Of a DNA stretch of 64,000 bases, positions 37,173-50,395 are shown one piece after another. Below the pieces are notes generated by a model. The model did no database searches. It saw only the letters and a program-made list of their open reading frames with translations, and was not told the DNA's origin. The DNA is from Felis catus. Lineage: Eukaryota. The stretch is taken from the NCBI RefSeq assembly GCF_018350175.1, contig NC_058368.1, positions 124,746,001 through 124,810,000 on the forward strand. Reading direction: 5' to 3'. A program made the position numbers and the translations under genes. Every line of letters starts with the position of its first letter. Position 1 is the first letter of the stretch.

Positions 37173-37899
37173 AGACCACAATCTCAAAAAAATAAAAAAA
37201 TTCCCCCCCAAAAAAATGTTTTAAAGTAAAAGAAAGTAAAAAGAGAAATAAAATCCAAAAGCACAATGGGAGCAAAGAATGCTAGACTTGGGAAAAATCT
37301 GACAGTCTGTTTTAACCAAACTTCTTTATTTTATAGAAAATAAACTGGACCTCAGAAAGATTTCCAATTTAAATGGAAATTACATCTGAGAGTCTGAATC
37401 TGAAACTTCCATGGTACCACCCAAAGACAGGGTTGGAATTAACTTGATAAATAATGTATGCTAAGTTCCTCACTTCTCTGGTGAGGAAACTGAGGCCCAA
37501 AGAAATGAAATGACTACTTTGAGGTCATACGGTTACTTAGTAGGACCAAATCCCCTATGTTTATGCTTCTCAGAGAGAGAGGTTTGATACCTTCCCTTCC
37601 CTTCCCTATCCCAAACCTCATTCAACAGCCTTCACCCACTCTTTCATTCTATGAGATGGACAACTGATATTTTTCACACAATAAGGTTTAAAGACCCACA
37701 TCTCCTTCCCAATGAGGTTAGCACTCCCTTGTAGAATTTCAAGAGTCACTAGTTAAGCCCAGCCCAGGGCAAACATGGTCAGGTGGCATCCAGGCAATTG
37801 TAAATATGTTTTACAGCCACCCAAAGTTGGTCAGCCTCAAGGAGATCAACTATGAGATCAACACTTTCCCATGTTGTATTCCATCTCTATTTACCAAAA

Positions 37900-37968
37900 T
37901 AAACAAATTAGGGTACTAAAAAATTACAGTAAACAAATTAGGGTACTAAAAAATTACAGTAAACAAAT
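37900..37968. repeat. Perfect 30-bp tandem duplication (2.3 copies)
   Basis: aaacaaattagggtactaaaaaattacagt at 37901-37930 and 37931-37960, then aaacaaat. Confidence 0.97.
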
Positions 37969-38147
37969 ATATTTTTATCCTCAGTTACAGTGGTTGTGTT
38001 GATTTTCTTCTCTCAGTATTAAATATACTGAGATAATAAGATTACTAAAACTTAATCAAATGTAGCAAGTTGTATAAATTCTACGTGGCCTTGTAGACAA
38101 CTATTTTATTCATACTGCAGAAAAACTCATGCTTTAGATCCATTTGT

Positions 38148-39430
38148 TTCATTCATTTAATAGATTGACAAAAAAAAAAAACTGCTTATCATGTACCTAG
38201 AATTTTTCAGGTGCCGGAGATACAACAGAGAACAAAGTTCCTGCCCTCTTAAATCTTACATTCTAATAAACAAACAAGTAAAGCCATAATATGTTAGATG
38301 TTGATGCGTGCCATGGAGGAAATAGAAAGCAAGGGAGGTAGTAGAATGGGTGCCAGGCAGAAGAGGTAGGGAGGGTTGGGTGCTACGTATTATATTTAAG
38401 ATGGCCTTGCTGATAAACAGAAACAAAAGAAATGAGAAAGCAAGCTTTGTGTACACCTGGAGGAAGTGCTTTCTAAAGAAAGCCAAAAAGGGTAAAGGCC
38501 TGAATCAGGAGTAGCATTTTCTTGGAACGGCAAGAAGGCCAGTGTGGCTAGAGCAGAACAAGTCAAGGAGACAGTGGAAGGAAAAAGAAAATGATGTCTC
38601 AAAGGTGGCTGAAGTCAACTGTGTGGAGTCTTACAATGCATTGTAGGGGCTGTGACTTCTACTCAAGGTGAAATGGAAAGGCAATGGGCGGTATGGAACA
38701 GAGGAGTAACAAGTTCTCATTTCCACATAAGGAATCACACTGCCTGTGTGCTGAAAAACAATTTTAGCCTATTACTGGCTATTTCAATAATACAGATGAG
38801 AGATGATGGTGGCTTGGATTATGATAGCAGTGGTAGAAGTGGTAAGAAGTAGTAATATTCTTGGAGGCAGAACCCAAAGGAGTTTTTGGTGAATTGGACA
38901 TGGGGTGTGAAGAAAAGAGAAGAATTGATGACATCAAGGTTTTCCACTTGAGCGACTATGGGGTGGAATTGCCATTTGCAAGAATGAAGAATATGGGAGG
39001 AGCAGATTTGGGTTGCAGGTGAAGAGGTTATAAATCAGGTGTTTAACCCTTAATGGTTGAGCTGAAGATGCCTATGTTAGATATCCAATTAATAGACACA
39101 TTCTGTTACAGACACATGCTATTAGAGATGTATCCCAAGAATGCAACTGAATATACAACAGGATTCAGAACAGAGATCCAGTCTGGAGATATGAATGTTG
39201 GTATTGTTAGCGTATGGATGGTATTAAAAGCCATGAGACCAAATGAGATCACCTAGTAAAGGTAAGGTAGAAAATAAAATAAAAGAACCCTCAGACACTC
39301 CAATGTTTGGAGGTCAGTGAGAGGAGAAGGAACCAACAAAGAAAGTGGAGTAAGGGACCATAGAGATGTACGAAGATGAGAGACCAGTATTCCCAAGTCA
39401 GGCAAGTGATCAGCTATATCCACTGCTGCA
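38148..39430 (-). mobile_element. L2 (L2a-like) ~1.3 kb 3' fragment
   Basis: Starts ttcattcatt; gcaagaaggccagtgtggctagagcag; gagagatgatggtggcttgga; gatggtattaaaagccatgaga...gagatcacc. Confidence 0.85.
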
Positions 39431-42400
39431 CATAAGCTTCAAAATTCTAGATACAAACTGAATTATAATGGCAAAAGCAAAAAACAGCTTCTTGTGTCTC
39501 CTGTTATTCTATCTACAGCTTCCTGTTAATACTAGCAAGAATAGCAATAATTAAGAACTACCACCTACTTGGGTGTCTTTCAAGTCCCAAGGATTGTGAT
39601 TTGACAAATCTCACATGCTAACTCTTATAGGTTGAAAGTGGCTACCTGGAGCATTATGTTGAGAAGGAGTCTGTTGCTTAAGGAAAACGATTGAGTTGTG
39701 TGTGATTTCTGTTAAGGACACAGAATGAGAATTGGCCTCATATTTGCTGGGTATTCATCATCCCTGTAATAGGACATACATTTTCTGTAGGGTTCATAGC
39801 ACCTCAGTGGTCATTTAATTAGCCTCATTTTACAAATGGAGAAACCTAGTTCAGGGATGTTTACTAATCACCCTAAAGCGGCATTAGCTAGATGTGGTGA
39901 AGGGGAGACTCGGCACAGGCCCACTGGACTGTGCCCCATACTGTACAGTTTCTCTCCCCATCCCATCAAAAAAGTGCACAGAATTTCAGATCCCCAGGGT
40001 ATACCGCTCCTAATTTAAACCTGTGACAGAGAAAGCATATAATTAAAGTATAAACTTTAAAAGTAATTGTTCCTTTATGCTCAAAGAAAATATGATATAA
40101 CTGATTCACAAACTGATTTAGAGAGGTATGTTTGCAAACTTAAATATAAGAGAAAAAGAAACAGAACATGAGGCAACAGTAGTCAAATGATTCAAACAAA
40201 AGTTTTTTCAACCTAGGGCAGTTGAAGATGACACAGTAAGAACAACCATTAAAAATATGACTACTATTTTGTCTTCATCATTCCCATGGCAACCAAGTAT
40301 TAATCCCTGCCAAAAAATAACTCTGTAGGCACCAAGAATTCTCAGTCTCTCTTTTAGCACCAAGCCCTTCCCAGAGTCATTTGTATTAACATTTGCAAAA
40401 GATTTATTTCCCTTTGATTCAAATAATTCCACATTCCCAAGAATATCTAGACTGGAGCATAGCCAGCTGCCTGCAGGGCCTGCAGCCGTCTCCCTGGTCC
40501 TGGGTAGCTCCCTGGGTGCCCATGAATGGCTCATTGTTAAAGACAAACCCACTGCAGAGAACAGAGAAAACACAGAAGAGCAATCAGTGTCATGTCCTGA
40601 GGACTGGTCTGGATTTTGAGCAATGAAACTGAGTGGGAGTGGCAAGCACCTAAGGCTGTTATGAATCAGTGATTGATGCCTTCCAGAGCAAGTCTCCTCT
40701 GAGATGCTGGCTGGGTCACCATCACTAGTCAACTCACTTCAGGAGATTCTGAACCCAAGTCCTTTATGTGACAAAGCAGAGCAGGCCCTAGACTGAAAAT
40801 CAATTTCATTATCCAAGCATCTGTTAAGCACTAATTGTATGTAGGAGTAAAACACTGGATTTCAGTGAAAAGTCTAAGGTCACCTTCAAATCATGTGGAT
40901 GGCTTTAGCAACTAGCCAAACATCCAAAAAGAAAAAGTGTGTTCTCTAGATTTGTATATAATGAAGAATGGGAACCCAAATCTTGCTCTGATTTTTGCTA
41001 CTGAGTTTCTGCATACAAACAGGTCACTTTGGAGAGAAGTCCAGGTGTATACTTCAAAGTCTGCTGAAATCAAAAATAAAAAGGTCTATAATTTTAGCAT
41101 TTCTTGGGATGAATCAACCTGTCACTAAATTCAAATTGCATAGTGAATTAAATGTTTTCCTGATGTAAATGTTCAAAATTTAGACCACATTTATTATTTC
41201 AGAGATGTACTGATAAATCCCACAATTAATACTTGATGAGTATAATTTAGTACCTGTAAGCCTATAGCTCAGAATATGTCTATTTTAAAAAGTTACAGTT
41301 TCTGGTACTTATTTGTGTCTTTTATTGTCCTTATTTGAGCTTTTTCTTTTTAATAGTCAGAAAACTAACATATTTCAAGATAAAGTTCTCATGCTGTTTT
41401 ACTTCTCCCAGCTCCCAAACCGCCCCCCCCAAAAAAAATCAGAGAAAAGCAGTGAAGTGATCCAGAAACAATAGAATAACTCAGTTATGGTCACAATTAA
41501 CCTCTCTGCAAAAAAAAAAAAAATAGGTATATCTGCTCAAGTGAAAATATATGTGACTTTATGCCACAGAAAAAAATAAACCCAACTTGCTAAGACATGC
41601 TTCTATTCTTCAACTGCCCTACTTACCATTCTGCAAATGAGGCAAAAAGGGTATATAGAGTCTGAGCTTCTACCTTATGGACACATCTTGGTCTTCATTG
41701 AGGCCATTAATATATTAAAAACACTGATGAAAGGCTATTTGTTGGGTAGAGTCATTTTTCCCTTGACATTTATTATCAGTAGAAAAGTTTTCTGTTTTAA
41801 TACCCACATTCTGGCATATAATTACTGTAATAAAGTCTACTTCTTCACTCTGGGTGACTGCTGCCAGTATTATGAAATCATGGCAATGGTTGTAAAAATA
41901 AGGGAGGTCACAACCTTTCCACACACACACACACCCACTCTGCAGCTGATATTAAATAGCTTTGGTGGGAAAATGCAGACCTTTAAACTTTTTCTACCAA
42001 ACTCAATGCATTCTGTATTTAACTTCTTCTTTAAAACAGTTTGTGTTGTAAGAATTCAAAAACTGCATATGGCCATGGGAATAAAAAAGGAGCTTATACT
42101 TAATTAGCTACTAAGTCCGACTTGGACGAAGCACAATAACAACCATTTCTTTGTGCTAACTATTTTTAATGATATGCATTACATGCATTGGCCTGTCTAC
42201 TGCCCAGACTGCTCCAGCATCAATCCTGCTTTACTGTTATGCTTTTTGGCAAAGGACAACATGGGGAAAGTCTCCATTTCGATATTTTGTCATTTTGATT
42301 GGAATAATAATTCTTAACAGCATGAATTCCCTCTAAACCTTAAACCACCACCACAGTTTCATGACAACAAGACAAGTGACATCCAAGTATACCAGATGCT

Positions 42401-43019
42401 GTACAAATATTCTCCTTATACCTCCAGCAATACTCAATAGTTTGATTCATCCTCTCTCACTCTAAACTGTTTGAATATTTTCATCCAATTGCTTTCAGCT
42501 ATTTTTTAAACATAACTATTGGATATAATTTTTCTACTTCTAGCCAAGATTCAAGTCAAGCTGATTCAGAATCATAATGAGGATAGATAGGCACAAGAGG
42601 GAGTGTGCATTTTTAAAAATTTTTTCTAGCTCTTCATGGAATAGGAATTTCCTTAGGGAGGGTCTAAGGAAATACCTACTTTAAAAGTAGAATCTTGGGT
42701 TTCCTAATGAAAGTAATCCTAAGTAGAGATGTTATTTGGGGGTCGGAAGGTCAAGATCTCTTTTTGCCCTTGAAAAGGAAAATTACTGGAACCCATTATC
42801 TTCCAAAGCAACATAGAGAAGAGAGAAGCTAACAGAATGTTGGAGAACAGGTGTGTTAGACCCACCAAAAAGCACCAAGAGAGCATACAAAGCAAGTCAA
42901 CACTAGGAATACCACCTCTGTTTCAAACAGAGCAGCTCTGTCATCTACTTTATTTCCTGGTATCAGGTTTTGTTTATGGAGGAAAAGAATTACTATAACT
43001 ACAGTGGACAACAGTTTGA

Positions 43020-43562
43020 GGTGCGCATGCACTGCAACCAGCAATTCTGCTCCTAGATATGTATCCTGGAGTAATTTGTACATATGTGTCCAAGATTGAT
43101 TGTATATGAATCACAGCACTGCTGTCCATAACGGTTCCAAACCAGAAGCAACCCAATGCCCATCCTTAATACAATGGATCTATACATTGTGGTGAATTCA
43201 TACAATGGGAAACTGTATCACAGTAGAAATTAATAAACCAGAGGTCTGTGTCACAACATAGATGAATATTGCAAACATAATATCTTATGTAAAAAGAAAG
43301 ACACAAAAGAAAGCAGAATTATTCTATTTATATAAACCTAAAAATAGGCAACATTAAACTATATTATTTAGAGATGCACATATAGGCAACAAACTAGGAA
43401 GGAAAGCAAGTATATGATTTTCACAAAAGCCTGAAGAATGTTTCCTTTGCGGGGTGAGAGAAGGTTGTAATCAATAATCAAGATGGAAACTAGACGAAAC
43501 TTCTGGGGTACTGTTAATGTTCTGTTTTTCCAACCTTTAACTTAATATTTTATATTTTATTT
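43020..43562 (+). mobile_element. Ancient L1 (L1ME-like) 3' remnant; outermost layer of the L1 nest
   Basis: ccagcaattctgctcctagatatgtatcc; aaccagaagcaacccaatgcccatc; attcatacaatgg; aaaataggcaa..taaactatattatttagagatgcaca; ttctgggg..ctgttaatgttctgtttt. Confidence 0.75.
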
Positions 43563-43576
43563 AAAAATTACAAACA

Positions 43577-44481
43577 TGGAACAGAATAGAGAACCCAGAA
43601 ATGGACCTACAAACATATGGCCAACTAACCTTTGACAAAGCAGGAAAGAATATCCAATGGAATAGACAGTCTCTTCAGCAAGTGGTGCTGGGAAAACTGG
43701 ACAGCGACATGCAGAAGAATGAACCTGGACCACTTTCTTACACCATACACAAAAATAAACTCAAAATGGATGAAAGACCTCAATGTAAGACAGGAAGCCA
43801 TCAAAGTCCTCCAGGAGAAAGCAGGCAAAAAACTTTTTGATCTTGGCTGCAGCAACTTCTTACTCAACACATCTCCAGAGGCAAGGGAAACAAAAGCAAA
43901 AATGAACTATTGGGACCTCATCAAAATAAAAATATTCTTCTCAGCGAAGGAAAAAATTGGCAAAACTAAAAGGCAACCGACAGAACGGGAGAAGATATTT
44001 GCAAATGACATATCAGATAAAGGATTTGTATCCAAAATCTATAAAGAACTCATCAAACTCAACACCCAAAAAACAAATAATCCACTGAAGAAATGGGCAA
44101 AAGACATGAATAGACACTTCTCCAAAGAAGACATCCAGATGGCCAACTGACACATGAAAAAATGCTCCACATCATTCATCACCAGGAAAATACAAATCTA
44201 AACCACCATGAGATACCTCCTTACACCTGTCAGAATGGCTAACATTAACAACTCAGGCAACAGATGTTGATGAGGATGCGGAGAAAGAGGATCTCTTTTG
44301 CATTGCTGGTGGGAAGGCAAGCTGGTGCAGCCACTCTGGAAAACAGTATGGAGGTTCCTCAAAAAACTAAAACTAGAACTACCCTACAACCCACCAATTG
44401 CACTACTAGGCATTTATCCACGGGATACAGGTGTGCTGTTTTGAAGGGACACATGCACCCCCAGGTTTATAGCAGCACTAT
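43577..44481 (+). mobile_element. 5'-truncated feline L1, left part (ORF2 C-terminal region)
   Basis: ORF 43632-44150 (FSKWCWENW...[17 protein letters not shown]...[13 protein letters not shown]) is L1 ORF2; outer TSD aaaaattacaaaca (43563-43576) / aaaaattgcaaaca (51114-51127). Confidence 0.95.
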
Positions 44482-45388
44482 TAGTCCTGGAGGAAGATGG
44501 CAGCGTAGGAGGACTCTGGGCTCACCGCGTCCTGCTGATCACTTAGATTCCACCTACACCTGCCTAAATAACCCAGAAAACTTCCAGAAGACTAGCAGAA
44601 CAGATTCTCTGGAGCCAAGCGCAGATGAGAGGCCCACAGAAGAGGGTAGGAAGGGCGGAGCGGCGGTGCGCGCTACATGGACTGGCGGGAGGGAGCCGGG
44701 GCGGAGGGGCAGCCCACCGGCCAAGCAGAGCCCCCAAGTCTGGCTTGCAAAAGCGGAGGGGCCAGACGGAGTGTGTTCTGACAGCAAGCGGGACTTAATA
44801 TCTGGAAGGTTATAAGTACAGCTCTGCTCGGAGAGCGGGAGGGCTGGAGGACAACAGGAGGGAGAGTTGTTGAGCCCTGGACAACAGAGCTCAGCTTGGC
44901 AGGGAACAAAGGCGCTCGCCAGTGCCATCTCCCTTGCTCATCTTCCAGCCAAAATCCCAAAGGGAACCAGTTCCTGCCAGGGAACTTGCTTGCACCATGC
45001 AAACACCCAACACTGTGCTTCTGCGGATCCATCCCTCCGGCGGCAGGTCTGACTCCCTCCTGGTGCCACAGGGCCCCTCCCGAAGCAGATCACCGAAGGA
45101 TTAGCAAGCTGAGCCTGCCCATGCTGCCCCTGTGCACCTTGCCAATCCACCCCAGCTAATATGCCAGATCCCTAGCACCACAAGCCTGGCAGTGTGCAAG
45201 TAGCCCAGATGGGCCACACCACCCCACAGTGAATCCCGCCCCTAGGAGAGGGGAAGAGAAGGTACACACCAGTCTGCTGTGGCCCCAGCGGTGGGCTGGG
45301 GGCAGACATCAGGTCTGACTGCGGCCACACCCACCAACGCAAGTTATTCAAGACAGCACAGGGGAAGTGCCCTGCAGTTCTATACAAA
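44482..45388 (+). promoter_or_regulatory. L1 5'UTR internal Pol II promoter
   Basis: Only extended GC/CpG-rich tract in the window; YY1-like AAGATGGC at 44494-44501; directly upstream of the ORF1 ATG. Confidence 0.8.
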
Positions 45389-46290
45389 ATGATGAAATGG
45401 AAGAATTCCCCTCAAAAGAATCTCCAGGAAATAACAACAGCTAACCAACTGATCAAAAAGGATTTAAACAATATAACAGAAAGTGAATTTAAAATAATAG
45501 TCATAAAATTAATTGCTGGGCTTGAAAACAGTATAGAGGACAGCAGAGAATCTATTCCTACAGAGATCAAGGGACTAAGGAACAGTCCCTTTTAGGAGGA
45601 GCTTAAAAAAAATGCTATAAATGAACTGCAAAATAAAATGGAGATGACCACGGCTCGGATTGAAGAGGCAGAGGAGAGAGTAGGTGAACTAGAAGATAAA
45701 ATTGTGGAAAAAGAGGAAGCTGAGAAAAAGAGAGATAAAAAAAATCCAGAAGTATGAGGGGAAAATTAGAGAACTAAGTGATGCACTAAAGAGAAATAAT
45801 CTACGCATAATTGGTATTCCAGACAAGGAAGAGAGAGGGAAAGGTGCTGAAGGTGTACTTGAAGAAATCATAGCTGAGAACTTCCCTGATCTGGGGAGGA
45901 AAAAGGAACTGAAATCCAAGAGGCACAGAGAACTCCCTTCAGATGTAACTTGAATCGACCTTCTGCATGCCATATCATAGTGAAACTGGCAAAATACAAG
46001 GATAAAGAGAAAATTCTGAAAGCAGCTAGGGATAAACGTGCTCTAACATATAAAGGGAGACCTATAAGACTCGTGACCGATCTCTCTACTGAAACTTGGC
46101 AGGCCAGAAAGGAATGGCAGGAGATCTTCAATGTGATGAACAGAAAAATATGCAGCCGAGAATCCTTTATCCAGCAAGTCTGTCATTTAGAACAGAAGGA
46201 GAGATAAAGATCTTCCCAAACAAACAAAAACTGAAGGAATTTGTCACCACTAAACCAGCCGTACAAGAGATCCTAAGGGGGATCCTGTGA
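45389..46290 (+). pseudogene. L1 ORF1p (RNA-binding chaperone), frameshifted
   Basis: Pieces in different frames: MMKWKNSPQK..., KRNNLRIIGIP...EIIAENFP, HIIVKLAKYKDKEKILKAAR...PIRLVTDLSTETWQARKEW, QPRILYPASLSF...QEILRGIL*. Confidence 0.93.
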
Positions 46291-46340
46291 GACAAAGTAC
46301 CAGAGACATCACTACAAGCATGAAACCTACAGACATCACA

Positions 46341-49300
46341 ATGACTCTAAACCCATATCTTTCTATAATAACACTGAATGTAAATGGACTAAATGTGCCA
46401 ACCAAAAGACATAGGGTATCAAAATGGATAAAAAAACAAGACCCATCTATTTGCTGTCTATAAGAGACTCATTTTAGACCAGAGGACACCTTCAGATTGA
46501 AAGTGAGGGCATGGAGAACTATTTATCATGCCATTGGAAGTCAAAAGAAAGCTGGAGTAGCCATACTTGTATCAGACAAACTAGACTTTAAATTAAAGGC
46601 TGTAACAAGAGATGAAGAAGGACATTATAGAATAATTACAGGGTCTATCCATCAAGAAGAACTAACAATTGTAAATGTCTATGCATCGAATACCGGAGCC
46701 CCCAAATATATAAAACTATTACTCACAAACACAAGCAACCTTATTGACAAGAATGTGGTAATTGCAGGGGACTTTAACACTCCACTTACAGAAATGGATA
46801 GATCATCTAGACACACGGTCAATAGAGAAGCAAGGGCCCTGAATGATACATTGGATCAGATGGACTTGACAGATATATTTAGAACTCTGCATCCCAAAGC
46901 AACAGAATATACTTTCTTCTTGAGTGCACATGGAACATTCTCCAAGATAGATCACATACTGGGTCACAAAACAGCCCTTCATAAGTATACAAGAATTGAG
47001 ATCATACCATGCATACTTTCGGACCACAATGCTATGAAGCTTGAAATGAACCACAGGAAAAAGCCTGGAAAACCTCCAAAAGCATGGAGGTTAAAGAACA
47101 CCCTACTAAAGAATGAATGGGACAACCAGGCAATTAGAGCAGAAATTTAAAAATATATGGAAACAAACGAAAAGGAAAATACAATCCAAACGCTTTGGGA
47201 TGCAGCGAAGGCAGTCCTGAGAGGAAAATACATTGCAATCCAGGCCTATCTCAAGAAACAAGAAAAATCCCAAATACAAAATCTAACAGCACACCTAAAG
47301 GAAATAGAAGCAGAACAGCAAAGACAGCCTAAACCCAGCAGAAGAAGAGAAATAATAAAGATCAAAGCAGAAATAAACTATATAGAATCTAAAAAAACTG
47401 TAGAGCAGATCAATGAAACCAAGAGTTGGTTTTTTGACAAAATAAACAAAATTGATAAACCTCTAGCCAGGCTTCTCAAAAAGAAAAGGGAGATGACCCA
47501 AATAGATAAAATCATGAATGAAAATGGAATTATTACAACCAATCCCTCAGAGATACAAGCAATTATCAGGGAATACTATGAAAAATTATATGCCAACAAA
47601 CTGGACAACCTGGAACAAATGGACAAATTCCTAAACACCCACACACTTCCAAAACTCAATCAGGAGGAAATAGAAAGCTTGAACAGACCCATAACCAGTG
47701 AAGATATTGAATCAGTTATTAAAAATCTCCCAACAAACAAGAGTCCAGGACCAGATGGCTTCCCAGGGGAGTTCTACCAGACGTTTAAAGCAGAGATAAT
47801 ACCTATCCTTCTCAAGCTATTCCAAAAAAAAGAAAGGGAAGGAAAACTTTCAGACTCATTCTATGAAGCCAGTATTACTTTGATTCCTAAACCAAACAGA
47901 GACCCAGTAAAAAAAGAGAACTACAGGCCAATATTCCTGATGAATATGGATGCAAAAATTCTCAATAAGATACTAGCAAATCGAATTCAACAGTATATAA
48001 AAAGAATTATTCAGGGGCGCCTGGGTGGCGCAGTCGGTTAAGCGTCCGACTTCAGCCAGGTCACGATCTCGCGGTCCGTTAGTTCGAGCCCCGCATCGGG
48101 CTCTGGGCTGATGGCTCGGAGCCTGGAGCCTGTTTCCAATTCTGTGTCTCCCTCTCTCTCTGCCCCTCCCCCGTTCATGCTCTGTCTCTCTCTGTCCCAA
48201 AAATAAATAAACGTTGAAAAAAAAATTTAAAAAGAATTATTCACCATGATCAAGTGGGATTCATTCCTGGGATGCAGGGCTGGTTCAACATTCGCAAATC
48301 AATCAACGTGATACATCACATTAATAAAAGAAAAGATAAGAACCATATGATCCTGTCCATCGATGCAGAAAAGGCATCTGACAAAATTCAGCAACCTTTC
48401 TTAATAAAAACCCTCGAGAAAGTCGGGATAGAAGGAACATACTTAAAGATCATAAAAGCCATTTATGAAAAGCCCACAGCTAACATCATCCTCAATGGGG
48501 AAAAACTGAGAGCTATTTCCCTGAGATCAGGAACACGACAGGGATGTCCACTCTCACCGCTGTTGTTTAACATAGTGTTGGAAGTTCTAGCATCAACAAT
48601 CAGACAACAAATCCTTTCCAACAAAAGGAAATCAAAGGCATCAAAATGGCAAAGATGAAGTCAAGCTTTCACTTTTTTGCAGATGACATGATATTATACA
48701 TGGAAAATCCGATAGACTCCACCAAAAGTCTGCTAGAACTGATACATGAATTCAGCAAAGTTGCAGGATACAAAATCAATGTACAGAAATAAGTTGCATT
48801 CTTATACACTAACAATGAAGCAACAGAAAGACAAATAAAGAAACTGATCCCATTCACAATTGCACCAAGAAGCATAAAATACCTAGGAATAAACCTAACC
48901 AAAGATGTACAAGATCTGTATGCTGAAAACTATAGAAAGCTTATGAAGGAAATTGAAGAAGATATAAAGAAATGGAAAAACATTCCATGCTCATGGATTG
49001 GAAGAATAAATATTGTCAAAATGCCAATAGTACCCAAAGCTATCTACACATTCAACGCAATCCCAATCAAAATTGCACCAGCATTCTTCTCGAAACTAGA
49101 ACAAGCAATCCTAAAATTCTTATGGAACCACAAAAGGCCCCAAATAGCCAAAGTAGTTTTGAAGAAGAAGACCAAAGCAGGAGGCATCACAATCCCAGAC
49201 TTTTGCCTCTACTACAAAGCTGTCATCATCGAGACACCATGGTATTGGCACAAAAACAGACACATAGACCAATGGAATAGAATATGTATGGCCAATGGAA

Positions 49301-50395
49301 TACGTATGGCCAACTAAATCTTTGACAAAGCAGGAAAGAACATCCAATGGAAAAAAGACAATCTCTTTAACAAATGGTGCTGGGAGAACTGGAAAGCAAC
49401 ATGCAGAAGATTGAAACTAGACCACTTTCTCACACCATTCACAAAAACAAACTCAAAATGGATAAAGGACCTGAATGTGAGACAGGAAACCATCAAAACC
49501 CTAGAGGAGAAAGCAGGAAAAGACCTCTCTGACTTCAGTCGTAGCAATTTCTTACTTGACACATCCCCAAAGGCAAGGGAATTAAAAGCAAAAATAAACT
49601 ATTGGGACCTCATGAAGATAAAAAGCTTCTGCACAGCAAAGGAAACAACCAACAAAACTAAAAGGCAACCAACGGAATGGAAAACGATATTTGCAAATGA
49701 CATATCAGACAAAGGGCTAGTATCCAAAATCTATAAAGAGCTCAACAAACTCCACAACCGAAAATCAATCCAGTGAAGAAATGGGCAGAAAGCATGAATA
49801 GACACTTCTCTCAAGAAGACATCCAGATGGCCAACAGGCACATGAAAAGATGCTCAACGTCGCTCCTCATCAGGCAAATACAAATCAAAACCACACTCAG
49901 ATATCACCTCACGCCAGTCAGAGTGGCGAAAACGAACAAATCAGGAGACTATACATGCTGGAGAGGATGTGGAGAACCGGGAACCCTCTTGCACTGTTGG
50001 TGGGAATGCAAAGTGGTGCAGCCACTCTGGAAAACAGTGTGGAGGTTCCTCAAAAAATTAAAAATAGACCTACCCTATGACCCAGCAATAGTACTGCTAG
50101 GAATTTACCCAAGGGATACAGGAGCACTGATGCATAGGGGCACTTGTACCCCAATGTTGATAGCAGCACTTTCAACAATAGCCAAATTATGGAAAGGGCC
50201 TAAATGTCCATCAACTGATGAATGGATAAAGAAATTGTGGTTTATATACACAATGGAGTACTACGTGGCAATGAGAAAAATGAAATATGGCCCTTTGTAG
50301 CAACGTGGATGCAACTGGAGAGTGTTATGCTAAGTGAAATAAGTCATACAGAGAAAGACAGATACCATATGTTTTCACTCTTATGTGGATCCTGA
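46341..50395 (+). pseudogene. L1 ORF2p (APE endonuclease + reverse transcriptase), disrupted
   Basis: ATG at 46341; EN motifs GDFNTPL, SKIDHILG, SDHNA; RT motifs [25 protein letters not shown] (~48676-48687). Premature stops at 46461-46463 and 47148-47150, SINE insertion at 48014 and several frameshifts. Confidence 0.96.
48014..48228 (+). mobile_element. Very young feline Can-SINE inside L1 ORF2
   Basis: Perfect 15-bp TSD aaaaagaattattca (47999-48013 / 48229-48243); removing it restores ...[18 protein letters not shown]. Confidence 0.98.

Noticed and set aside
44264..44815. 183-aa ORF across the host-L1 / inner-L1 junction
   Set aside because: Off-frame host sequence running into a GC-rich, stop-poor 5'UTR; no coding evidence.
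46341..50395. Novel or active reverse-transcriptase system
   Set aside because: Standard LINE-1 ORF2 with multiple stops, frameshifts and a SINE insertion.
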